A stretch of DNA of 27,745 nt from Octopus sinensis (taxonomy: Eukaryota), in contig NW_021827548.1 in the NCBI RefSeq assembly GCF_006345805.1, forward strand, positions 1-27,745. Reading direction: 5' to 3'. The notes beneath the pieces are model-generated. The model searched no databases. It had not been told where the DNA came from and saw only the letters and a list, made by a program, of their open reading frames with translations. Positions 10,662 to 21,660 of the stretch are shown in pieces (within the stretch, counting starts at the first letter, position 1; every line of letters starts with the position of its first letter). The position numbers and the translations under genes are program-made.

Positions 10662-13027
10662 TACTTTGATACTTTGATACTTTGATACTTTGATAGGTTT
10701 CGGCCATTATTGGCCCAGGCCATGTCTAACTTAATAGCACCACCTGGTGAAGTCTTTCAAGTCAGAATTTGGGCACTATGGCCCACTCAAGTAGAGAGTT
10801 ATTGTTTACAGAGACATATCCGGGTGTAGGAGGTTTATCCGGGATTTCTTGAAGGAATCTGTCCAAAGACTTCTTGAACCCTATAGGGTCTGTTTCTGTT
10901 TTTAATGTGTTTTGGTGTAATGTTAAAGAGAGCGGGGCCAATTGAGGTGAAGTAATTGTGCCGTATTGTTGTTATGAGATGAGAGTGCGATTTTTGTTTT
11001 GGGCGGATGGCACGGGGCCCAAGCCTTGGATGTACCTTAAAGGTGATGCCAACATCATTTGGGCAATTCTGATGGAATATTTTCCACATCATGCCGATGA
11101 TATTGCGCTCACGGCGACGTTGGAGAGAATAAAGTTTTAGCTTTTCTAGTCGACCCCAATAGTCGAGGGCCTCTCATGCCATCTATCTTTTTTGTGATAG
11201 ACATTTGAGGTGCTTCAACTTTTATGATACTTTGTTTTGTGTGGGAAGACCACAGTGGACAACAGTATTCAAGGTAGGGTCGGGCAAAAGTGGAGAAGAG
11301 AAGGATAATGGTGTGGATATCTCTCAACTGAAAAGTTCTGAGAATCCAGGAACACATTCTGCGGGCCATGTCAACTTTGGTGTTTATATGAGTGGCCCAG
11401 CTTATGTTGTTGTCCACAATTACTCCCAAGTCTCTGATGTTGTTGGATGCCACGAGAGTTTCACCTGAAGGAAGGGAGTATGGGTGTTTCAGGGCATCCT
11501 CTTTTCCAAAGTGGATTAACTCGAATTTATCCTCGTTCAGCAGCATATTGTTCTTTTCTGCCCATTGGATAACAGCCAGTAGATCTGACTGAAGGCGTGT
11601 TCGGTCACTCGCCTCATTTATGACCTTCTAGAGCTTGGAATCATCTGCAAAGATTTTTATGTTGCTGTGCTTGATGATGTCATTAATGTCATTAATGTAG
11701 ATGATGAAAAGAAGTGGGCCCAGCACAGTGCCTTGCGGAACGCCACTACTGACTTTGGCTGGGCTTGATTTTACTCCTTCAACTACAACATGTTGAGATC
11801 TGTCTGTCAGGAAACACTTGATCCATTTCAGTAACTTTCCAGAGACACCAATTTTGGATAGTTTTTTCAATAGGATCTTGTGATTAACCCTGTCGAAGGC
11901 CTTGCTGAAATCAAGGTAGATGACATCGGTGTTGGAGCCCTCTCCCAAAGCTCTCAAAATGTCATCAAAGTGATGCAGGAGCTGCGTTAGGCAGTCCCTT
12001 CCATTACGGAACCCATGTTGGTTAGAGATCAGCCGTCTGTTGCTTTCCAGAAATTGGGTTATTCGAGATTTCACCACCCTCTCAAATACCTTGATGATAT
12101 GAGAGGTGAGTGAGATCGGACGGTAGTTCACTGCAATGGACTTGTTTCCCCTTTTGAAAACTGGGACAACAGACTGGGACAGAAAGCTTTTAGGAATATA
12201 GCCAGCATCCAGTGAGTTTCTCTACAGATTAGCAAGGGGAGATGCAAGTTGGTGTCGACACACCTTCAGGACACAAGCAGGGAACCTATCGGAGCCTACT
12301 GCTGAATTGTGTTTTATTTCGTTTATCGCCGCTAAGACATCAGGGGCACCAAACGTTATGTCCGATATAGTGTGTTGGGGGTTGACATCACTGATACAGC
12401 CCAGATCGGCCATATTAGGATTGCTGAAAACAGAGCAGTATTGTTTCTGTAGTATATCGCCCATAGATTTGGCATTATCTTGGAGAGTGCCATTTTCATC
12501 AATTAGAGGGCCAACAGTGGAGACAGTGACCCTGTGTTTCCTCGCAAATGAAAAGAACACTTTGGGGTTGAGTTTGATTTCTTCAATGGCCCACTTCCCC
12601 TCAACTGATCTTTGGTTATTGATGAGGGTCTTCATGCATTGTTGGAGGTTATATTTTTTGGATTCAAGCAGTGCGATAGCCGTCGAATGTGTGTGTTGCT
12701 GTTGGCAACACACACATTTTTTGTTTGTTCTTTTTATTTTTCTGATAATAGTTTTTCTGTTTTGGGGGATTCTGCACTTTTTGTTCGCAGGTCTTGGTGG
12801 GGAGTGTTTTGCACATACGTTTGTGACGGTGTCTACAAAGATATGCCAAGATGTTTTATTGTTGGTGGAGATGTGTGTATGGGTAAAGGACCAGTCAACA
12901 TGTGATAGCTCGTTCCTGGTTGCATCCCAGTTGGCATTATGGTGATCCATGTTATCAAATGGGTGGGCTGGAGAGAGGTCACTAGGATTAGCTTTCGGCT
13001 GGTGGAATTTCATGTTACAGAGAACAA
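10662..13027 (-). mobile_element. CR1-clade LINE, 5'-truncated ORF2 (linker, RT, C-terminus) with (TCAAAGTA)4 tail
   Basis: ORFs 12222..13100, 11628..12131 and 11109..11546 share one frame split by TAG stops. Motifs NYRPISLTS, QHGFR, YLDFSKAFDRV, GVPQGTVLGPLLF, FADD, RDLGV, RPYLEY; frameshifted C-terminus FKKSLDRFLQEIPD.P..PGY...NSLLEW. No APE domain present. Confidence 0.96.
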
Positions 13028-13055
13028 ATATATATATATATATATGTATATATAT

Positions 13056-13272
13056 AAAGTTAATCCAAACATGAAAACACAAAGAGAAAACACAACACAC
13101 GCGAGGACGTGGAACAAGTATAGTATCATTGGACGCTCAGGAAAGAAGGAAAGAAGGAGGGTTTAACGTTTCAAGCGGAGCTCTTCATCAGAAACATAGG
13201 AAAAGGAAAGATCCAAAGAAGGGAAGACGGAGGAAAAATATCGCCAACGGTACACACGCGGTCACATTTTGA
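13056..13272 (-). mobile_element. Penelope-like terminal mini-element related to 7590-7789
   Basis: Same layout (pyrimidine tract, hammerhead, TTCCTGAGCGT motif, T-rich 3' part); inserted in (TA)n. Confidence 0.68.
13161..13195 (-). ncRNA. Minimal type I hammerhead ribozyme with canonical core
   Basis: Minus strand GTTT-CTGATGA-A-GAGC(TCC)GCTT-GAAAC-GTT-AAAC: stem I GTTT/AAAC, stem II with one G.U pair, palindromic AACGTT, predicted GUU cleavage triplet. Confidence 0.75.
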
Positions 13273-13289
13273 TATATATATATATATAT

Positions 13290-13560
13290 AAGTAGTTGAA
13301 TGAATTATCTTAGTATGGATAATTCGGTTAACCGATACCTGGGTAGCAAATTCACGTCAGAAAAACACGGTTGAAGCTACATGCCAAGGGCAGAGATCAC
13401 CTGCTTTCGTGTGGAAATTTGTGTGTTTTTTTAATACAAATAAATGAAAGAATGGAGTTGAAGGACGATTTAACAAAATTCCTTTATTCTCGACATATGT
13501 TTCGAAGGCTGCATATTCCTAATTTGTTAAATCGTCGTTCAACTCCATTCTTTCATTTAT
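13290..13560 (-). mobile_element. Probable Penelope-like terminal fragment with 38-bp fold-back end
   Basis: 13440-13477 pairs with 13523-13560 (1 mismatch). The loop holds a hammerhead 3' half GAAACATATGTC followed by AATAAA on the minus strand. (TA)n on both sides. Confidence 0.55.
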
Positions 13561-15412
13561 ATATATATATAATATATATATATATATACATATATATACA
13601 TACACACACATACATAAGACTATATTTTTGCATATGCTTATGCATGTAAAATTGAAGAGACCTCGTTATATATCATGCACTAGACTAGTATATCCACTGC
13701 AAATCTTAATAAACACACTTCACACATTTTAGCCTGAAACTGCATATTATCTTCTTTTCTTTTCTTTTGTTCTCTTTCATTTTCCTTTAACTTAATTTTT
13801 TTATTTCCATATTTCTGTAGCATTATTTTATTAGGCTAAAAACCGCAACCTGGCATCTGGGGTGCTTTTAATGGAATTCACTGTGTTTCAAGCATTCGGG
13901 TCAGGTCGCGATCGTGGGGGTTACCACATGTCTCAGACGTTTTTGTGGTACATCATATGCACAGTGCTTCCTCCAGTCTAAAAGACTTAAAACAATTTCA
14001 TTTTATCAGCACCCCGATTTCTTTTCTAGAACATTATCCCTTAAACAATTCCCATCACCACCACCACTGCCTCCACCACCACCGCCGCCACCGCCAACAC
14101 ATTCCCTTTATTATTCTGAAATATATAAACCTAATTACCAAGTATTCCGAGTCATCCTAAAACACCGCACGTGTACAGTATTCTCTTAACATTCACATAC
14201 ACTTATTTCATATGACCACTCCACCCAGTTATCTGATATGTTTTACACACACACACACACACACATACATACATACATACATGCCTGAGTGTGAGTGTGT
14301 GTATGTGTGTGTGTGTGTACTAAAACCACGTGATAACAAATCTAACTTTTACATTTGCGTATCAAGATGTACTATAAAGTTTGATACAACTCTCAAATAT
14401 TTTGATACTAGAAAATGTATTCAGATATTATCGTTGTGTAATGTATTCAGATAGTATCGTTGTGCAATTCAGTCGTGTTTCCAGCTTCTTTATACAGTAC
14501 ATTATGTCCTAAGTTTCCTATTTTTCCGTTTTTAGAACCTAGTGTACTTAAAGAGCATAGAAATATGTAACCGACCTTCTATAATTATACAGTTTTGCTG
14601 TGCTTGCTCAGAATTTTACTCCAGTAACGTTGGCCTATTCAAGTAAAAAGCATTAATAACTCCATTTTAAATAAATTACAAAAGGATATTATCCCTTAGT
14701 ATAGCATATTCAGCCTTAAAATAACTAGAGAAATTAATTACACAACCTCTGGTTTCGTCATGTTATACTTAATTTAATAGTTAGCTTTCGCAACTCTTTC
14801 AAGAAACCAAGAAAAATCGCTTTACGATTTAATGTCAAATATTTAAGAACCGCAACTAAAATATCAACAGAAGTGTACCTGCCCCTGGATAAGAAAGAAT
14901 TTGATGAGGCATCATCCCCTATAGACTTAGAGAAAAATATTCTGCTCCCATAAATGAAATATAATCTGGTTCCCACACCTCTTTGCATTCAATGTGAAAG
15001 CTAATAGAACAAGAAACTTACTCTAATGTGTTTATATATGCGTATATACACAAACATCTGACGCTGATTCATCTTAGATGTTATTTGCTCTTCTTTCTTT
15101 CTATGAACCTCCCCGCACCCATTAAATTTATATATTCCTTTCCCTCTGCTATTATGTTCGTGCCAAAGGCGCCGGTTAATTTTCTTAACGCTAAACTTTA
15201 TAGTTTCTCCTCAGTTTCATGTAATCTCCCTCTGGGTACGTGTTATTCAATTTTACAGAAACAGAAATTTGTGAACGAATTGCCTATCTCCCTCTATGTG
15301 GAGATAATCAAAGACAGATGACCAAGACAACCAAAAACATGGTACCAAATACACTAGATAAACATGTATTGCTTTATAAATAGAAATATGTTTTAATATT
15401 ATCAAGGAAAGT

Positions 15413-15671
15413 GGAGGCGCGTGGCTTAGTGGTTAGGGTGTCGGCATCATGATCGTAAGATTGTGGTTTCGATTCCTGGACTGGGCGATGCGTTGTGTTC
15501 TTGAGCAAAACACTTCATTTCACGTTGCTCCAGTCCATTCAGCTGGCAAAAATGAGTAACGCTGCGATGGACTGGCGCCGTGTCCAGCTGGAGAAAACAG
15601 ACGAGACAGAAACCGGGAAACCGGGCCCATGAGCCTGGCTAGGCTTTAAAAAGGGCGCATTTATTTATTTT
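15413..15671 (+). mobile_element. SINE family B (tRNA head, CORE-like segment, V-domain-like motif), full length with about 16-bp TSD
   Basis: A box TGGCTTAGTGG, B box GGTTTCGATTCC, GTGTTCTTGAGCAAAACACTT, CTGCGATGGACTGGCGCCGTGTCCAG, (ATTT)n tail. TSD TATTATCAAG(G)AAAGT at 15397-15412 and 15672-15686. Confidence 0.9.
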
Positions 15672-15688
15672 TATTATCAAGAAAGTAA

Positions 15689-15905
15689 GGCGGAGAGCTG
15701 GCGGGATGGCTACTGCACGGAGTAAAATGCTTAGCGACACTTCGTCCGTGTTTACGTTCTGAGTTCAAATTCCACCAAGACTAGCTTTGCTTTTTATCTT
15801 TTTGGGTCGATAAAATAAGTACTAATTGAACACTGGGGTCGATGTAATCGACTTATCCCCTCCCCCGATGTTGCTGGCCTTGTGCCAAAATATGCAAACA
15901 ATATT
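15689..15905 (+). mobile_element. SINE family C, diverged copy with alternative 3' tail
   Basis: B box GAGTTCAAATTCC and GGGTCGATAAAATAAGTAC...CTGGGGTCGATGTAATCGACT as at 26531, then a different tail CCCCTCCCCCGATGTTGCTGGCCTTGTGCCAAAA. Confidence 0.85.
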
Positions 15906-16187
15906 ATTTATTAAGAATAATATAATAAAGAATCGCTTTGTCGTTACAACTGTATAATCCATGTCGTTTTGACGATTCGTATTATATAAATTTTAAAATA
16001 ATTATGTTCTCTAATCGGCAACATTGACAGCAGTAAATTATCTGCTGCAGAACTGTTTCTGGAATTTAGCACGCCAGGGCTTAGACATTTGAAAAATAAC
16101 CCCAATGTAATCGGTGGAACTGAGCACGTCTAGTTTTATATGGACAACTAGTGTTTAGTTTTTCAAATTATATTGAATTGGAACGAT

Positions 16188-16245
16188 CGTACTGACGAGT
16201 CTGCGGACGAAAAATTACGTAAGTAATCGACGAAATCGATATACG
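16188..16245 (+). ncRNA. Hammerhead ribozyme with canonical core and duplicated GACGAAA
   Basis: CGTA-CTGACGA-GTC...GAC-GAAA-TCGAT-A-TACG: stem I CGTA/TACG, palindromic ATCGAT stem III. The insert carries a second GACGAAA and an ATTAC(GTAA)GTAAT hairpin. Confidence 0.72.
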
Positions 16246-16516
16246 TTTAATTCTTGATTTTTATATAATTTTCATCTGTCTTGCTCGCTTATGTTCTGGT
16301 GTTTGCTGAATTTCTCTGGAGAACATTCTTTTCTTTGTAGTTAGATCGTATGTAATCTTCTTCTAGCATATTGGTTATCCACCTTGTGGTTTATCCCTAA
16401 ATATACACATGTATTGATTCGTATTATATAGATAGAATAAACATAATATATGTCACATGATGCCTTGTATTTACGGACACTGTTTCAGCATTTTATAAAT
16501 AGGTATAAAGCATAAG

Positions 16517-17691
16517 CAGGGTGCGTAATATATTTGAGGACAGATTTATATTTCTAAAAATAAACAGATAGATAATAACAAATAGTAACTTTATTTATCA
16601 AAACATGCTATGAGGATAAAACATAAACCTTCTTTTCTATATTGTTGTTCAATAAAGACACATTCAGCTTCAACGACTACTTCGATTTGAGCGCTAAATC
16701 ATCTACATGCTCGAATCAAGCGATCCTAGTTTCTTTTGGACATTACTCTGACTATGGCAGCTTACAAAGTATCTTTGGTGTTATGGGCGTGTTCAATGAC
16801 CTTTATTTCAACAATGCTCCAGAATGGATGGAGATCTGGAGAATTAGGAGGCCAATTTCCAACGACCCCTGTGTTACTAGGGCCATGTGTAATAGTAAAG
16901 AGTCTTACTGAAACACTGTCTATCCAGGGCTTAACAATTATTTCCAGGATCTCAATGTAGGCAGCAGAGTTAACTCTAAGGTCTTGTGGAAAGAACCAAG
17001 GAGGCATCACATGTCCTTCATTGCTGGCTACTCTTAAAACCCTGACCTTTGCAGGAAGCGTTCTATGTATAACATTTGGAACTTCAGAAGGGTCTGCACA
17101 TACCCATCTGTCATTTCTTCTGTTAACTCTGTCATCTTGGCCGAAATTTTTCTCATTTGAGAAAAACCAAATCAAGTCTTCTTCTGCTGGATTATTCAAT
17201 TTGTTTAAGAGCCTTTTAGATCCGATGCAGTGATTTTCTTTTGCTTTTACTGACAAATTGACCATTCCTCGTTATATAAGACTTATATGTGATGTCTTTA
17301 TGGACAACAATTTCTACTGTTCCTTCTGACATATGGTGATCTTTTGCAATTGACCTCATGAACATTCTAGGATAGTAATCAATGGTCTGTTCGATGATTT
17401 CAGGGCGTTTACAGTACTTTTTATGCTTTAATACTGGTGATACGTTTCCAGTTTCAGTCTCTAACTCCTTACAAACTTTGGAGACGCAAGAACTGGAAAC
17501 TTTTAAAAATCGAGATATTTCTAAATCGCTATACTCAGCCTTTATAACTACAATAACAGCATGCATCTTAATTTCTTGAGTAAGCTGAGGGTCTGTCATT
17601 ATTATTTTCTGAAACAAAGATTATACAGAGTAAGCAAAAAGAACAGCGATGACCCCCAAAAGTTATGCTCTCATATATCTTACACACCCTG
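16517..17691 (-). mobile_element. Tc1/mariner DNA transposon, maT/DD37D-like, decayed
   Basis: TIRs CAGGGTGCGTAATATATTTGAGGACA and the reverse complement of 17666-17691 (21/26 match); TA at 17692-17693. Transposase motifs WFFS(N)EKNF, NRRNDRW, EGHVMPP.FF, LRVN...Y, WPPNSPDL; frameshifted with small deletions around the second and third catalytic D. Confidence 0.9.
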
Positions 17692-17842
<151 letters not shown>

Positions 17843-18049
17843 GTAAAGCTATTTCCTCAACGGCGTTTTTGTATTAAAATAATTATCAATAACTGGTGTG
17901 CATATATATATATAATGAGGTCGAATTAATCGGGTGACACCTCACCACGAAAATTTTGCCTCTTCAGAGATGAAGCACTAGCGAGTATGTGACACATATA
18001 AGTACAGCTTATCTATGATGGAACCCGATACTCCAACACAAATCCAGAC

Positions 18050-18317
18050 GAATATTTCAAAGATAAAATGCAAGGTTGGTGTTCATCGGTAATTGGCCAT
18101 CATTTCTCATTTGAGCTAAAAAAATTACAAGTTCTATGTTCAGATTAGATTTTGCATTGATCTACATGCGTGCCCATGAGGGTCCAATACATTGGATAAT
18201 GCATACAAGCATACATACATACATACATACATACATACATACATACATACAGACAATCAGACAGAGGGACAAATTGACTACCTGTCAGACAGACAACCCA
18301 CTTATATGGTCAATAGA
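18050..18317 (-). mobile_element. Possible second Helitron-like non-autonomous 5' end
   Basis: Minus strand A|TCTATTGACCATATAAG...GTCTGTCTG...(TATG)n resembles the layout at 22764; 3' end not found and lower boundary arbitrary. Confidence 0.3.
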
Positions 18318-19039
18318 TAAGAATAAAGTCATGGCACACACGTCTGATACATACACATAAAATAAAGAGCATTATCTATTCACCACGATTGTCTAATAAA
18401 ACTATCGTTCATACTAGTATCATCAGACCACTACTCCCGCTACACGAATATTAATATTAACGACAACAATACCAACAACGTTTTCTTTATATGCAGGTTG
18501 TCGTTTTAGGAGAAGTCTGGAAATAATTCTGCACACTTGGCTGCATTGTTTTCAATAAGAGGAAATGACATAGGAGAAAAGGTGAGAAATAGAATATATT
18601 TAGAGAGATATATAGAAGTAGAGCGAGAGGGAGAGCGAGATCGAGATAGAGAGAGAGACAGAGAGAGTTTGAAGTTTGAGGTAGATGAAACTATAGAAAT
18701 CAATTGCTTCCGGAGTTGTTAACATTAAAGCTGTTATCTAACCGACCAGACAGAAATTTTAATGTGTTCTGTAGTTATTACCTGTTCGGTTTTATGTACG
18801 AATACTGGACACATGACTGATTGTATGTGCAATCAGGATTTAATATTTGGTGTCAACATATTATAGTCTATCTTCAACATAGTTATGTTTTTTTTTCTGT
18901 CGTTCTTTTTTTGTCTTCCAAATTTCTTACAAACAAAGAAAGAACCTTTCTCCCAGCTCATAAACACGGTTTCTTTTAGTGGGATTCAGAGATCAAGTTG
19001 GTGACCAGGCTTGTGTAAATATATTTATCTCTATAATTA

Positions 19040-19188
19040 TCTTTTCTCCTTTACTTGTTTCACTTATTAAACTGCGTCCATCCTGGGGCACTGCCTTGAA
19101 GAATTTCAGTCGAATGGACTCCAGTACAAATTTTCTATTACAGCCGTGTACTTATTCTATCTTTATCTTTCGCTGAACAGGTAAGTTA
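19040..19188 (-). mobile_element. Old 3' fragment of SINE family A
   Basis: TTTACTTGTTTCAC..AACTGCGTCCATCCTGGGGCACTGCC..GTACTTATTCTATC..CGCTGAACAGGTAAGTTA is a degenerate reverse complement of the family A tail. Confidence 0.7.
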
Positions 19189-19266
19189 TTAGTATTATGC
19201 TTTGGAAAAGAAGATACATACATACACATGTATGTATATATAGGTACACACACATAAATATACATA

Positions 19267-19298
<32 letters not shown>

Positions 19299-19373
19299 AA
19301 TATATATATATGCATATAATGTCCATCCCGCAAAACAGGAATAGAGTCTGACAACAGATTCATCATCCAGTTA

Positions 19374-19566
<193 letters not shown>

Positions 19567-20513
19567 CTGGATAGTAAGAAAAAGAAAAGAAGAGGAAAAA
19601 ATAGGAAAACAGTTTAACGAAGAACAACGAACAGTCTTGGAGAATAATCTAACAGAGAATTAAGAAAGGTGGGAAGGAGAGAGATGCATTGTAAAGAATA
19701 TTGCTTTAGCAATCTTCAACTTCATGTTGAGGATTTCAAACAAAATACTTCATTTTCCAAAGGAAAACTCTACTCCTCGCCAGAACTGCCCAAGCAACCT
19801 TGAGGTAGAAATTAGAAATAAAATTTATCAATTGTTTGCAGGTAGCCTGCAGACATGTATCAACCATGAGGAGTAACAGGGGACTTATTGTAATGAGTTA
19901 CTTCTCCAAGCATAATTTAGAGTCTAATGTTACGTATGCGAGGTAATTTATCAGATAAACCAATTGAGAGCAGGGTCTGATTATTGAAGAGCCATAACTG
20001 TTGAAGATGCTTTGAGAGGATATATTAGAAATTTAAATGGAAACATGATTAATAGCATCATTTGAGATAGATTTATCGTGATTAAAATTTACATAAATAT
20101 ATTGGATGCATTCATTAGTTTTATGAAGGAGGAAATAAAAGAAAGAATTACATGTCAAGTAATCTCTAAGAAATAAGCATCATTGAAATTATTATCAAAG
20201 GTATAGCATGAATTTAAATTATTGAAACAGTTATGCAGAGCTTTGAAGATAAGTTAGAAACCAGATTTAGGAAACCTAGTATCAAGGAACGCTACATCGT
20301 CTTATACAGACACAGACTAACTGTAATTTTATGAAAATGTCAGTAGACACATACGAAGACAGGCGTGTGTATTTGTTCGTAGAAGAAAACAATATCATTA
20401 ATTGTGTCTGTACAAAAAGAACTTTTACGTAATGCAAATGTACATTAGAAATATTTTACCAGTATGTGTGAAGTTTATCTTTCTATCTCTTCCTCACATC
20501 ATTCCAGTGTTAG

Positions 20514-20824
20514 GAGGAGAAGAAGAAGAAGAAGAAGAAGAAGAAGAACAAGAAGAAGAACAAGAACAAGAAGAACAAGAAGAACAAGAAGAGGAACAAG
20601 AAGAACAAGAATAACAAGAAGAATAAGAGAATGAAAGAAGAAAAAGGAGGAGGGGAGAAGAGGTAGAACAAGAAGTAAAAGAGAATAAAGAAGAAAAGGA
20701 GGAGAAGAAGAAGTAGAAGAAGAAGAAGAAGAAGAGGAGGAGGAGGAGGAGGAGGAGGAGGAGGAGAAGTAGGAGAAGGAGGAGAAGAAGAAGAAGAAGA
20801 AGAAGAAGAAGAAGAAGAAGAAGA
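20514..20824. repeat. (GAA)n/(GAG)n/(GAACAA)n purine-rich repeat
   Basis: Direct reading; explains the poly-E ORF 20402..20614. Confidence 0.96.
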
Positions 20825-21137
20825 GATTAATTTAGTTTAATTAATTTCAAGTCTCTCTGTGAATCTCTTTTCTCAACTCTTATAACAAGAAGGAAAAAAA
20901 ATTAAGTTAGCTAAATCAATTTCATGTCTGAGTTATGTCTTGCTGAAGACACAAAAAGTGAGGAAGAAATAGTGTTATTCCCGACGTTAAGAACATTATC
21001 TCATGGAAAGGAAAAAAAAACAAGACAAAACCCAAAAAATAAAAGAATTGTATAGAAGTGTATATATACTCTTCAGTCAGTCATAGAAATTCCTTAAAAT
21101 ACACAAAGCTAGAAGCGATTTCTCCCATTAAGAATTA

Positions 21138-21411
21138 GTTTTCAGTGCAACCACGTATGTGGACAAGTGACATCTAGTACAACATTGGGCTGACCACACT
21201 CTGACTAGATTTGGTAGGTGGAAACTGTAGGAATCCCGTTTATATATACAGAGTAAAAATCCCCTTCGGTCATGAATGACCATGGGACGGCACCTAGAAA
21301 GTTCTTCACTGAAGCACAAGTCCGGAAAAGGTTGTTTATGGAAGACCAGCAGTTGCCCATGGATACCAGCCTCCTCTCTTCACTCCGCCGATGTTATCAA
21401 AGGGAAAGGCA
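21138..21411 (+). mobile_element. Diverged SINE with family A CORE/body and a different 3' module
   Basis: GGACAAGTGAC...GGGCTGACC...GATTTGGTAGGTGGAAACTG matches the family A body, then continues with unrelated GGTCATGAATGACCATGG...CCAGCCTCCTCTC...AAGGGAAAGGC. Confidence 0.65.
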
Positions 21412-21424
21412 CCAATGACGTCAC

Positions 21425-21569
21425 CACTAATTTCTGCGACTGAGTGAACTGGATCAACGTGAAATAAAGTGTGTTGTTGAAGAACATAATATACAGCCCG
21501 GTCCGGGAATCGAACTCGCTACCTCGTGATTGTGACACTGACGCACCTGCCGCTGAGCCATGCGCTTCC
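21425..21569 (-). mobile_element. SINE family B, 5' part
   Basis: Reverse complement GGAAGCGCATGGCTCAGCGG...GAGTTCGATTCCCGGACCGGG...TGTTCTTCAACAACACACTTTATTTCACGTTG aligns with 15413. Confidence 0.85.
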
Positions 21570-21660
21570 ACCATATGTGTGTGTGTGTGTGTGTGTGCAC
21601 AAATCACATACACTAACTCAGGCACATCTACATACAAACGCGAAGACACGTATATACATA

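Noticed and set aside
10017-10685. 222-aa ORF
   Set aside because: Runs through the duplicated unit into (TA)n, uses a non-ATG start and has no recognisable domain.
10696-10722. GGCC-AATAAT-GGCC-GAAAC on the minus strand, like a hammerhead half
   Set aside because: No CUGANGA core or stem I; better explained as the CR1 3' stem-loop.
12307-12945. 212-aa plus-strand ORF
   Set aside because: Antisense shadow of CR1 ORF2.
14765-14955. Open plus-strand frame KKPRKIALRFNVKYLRTATK..., faintly like a LINE linker
   Set aside because: No diagnostic motif or splice signals; cannot be supported without a search.
19176-19186. Consensus plus-strand donor CAG|GTAAGT
   Set aside because: Lies inside a decayed antisense SINE fragment with no upstream exon.
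20402-20614. Poly-E ORF
   Set aside because: (GAA)n repeat.
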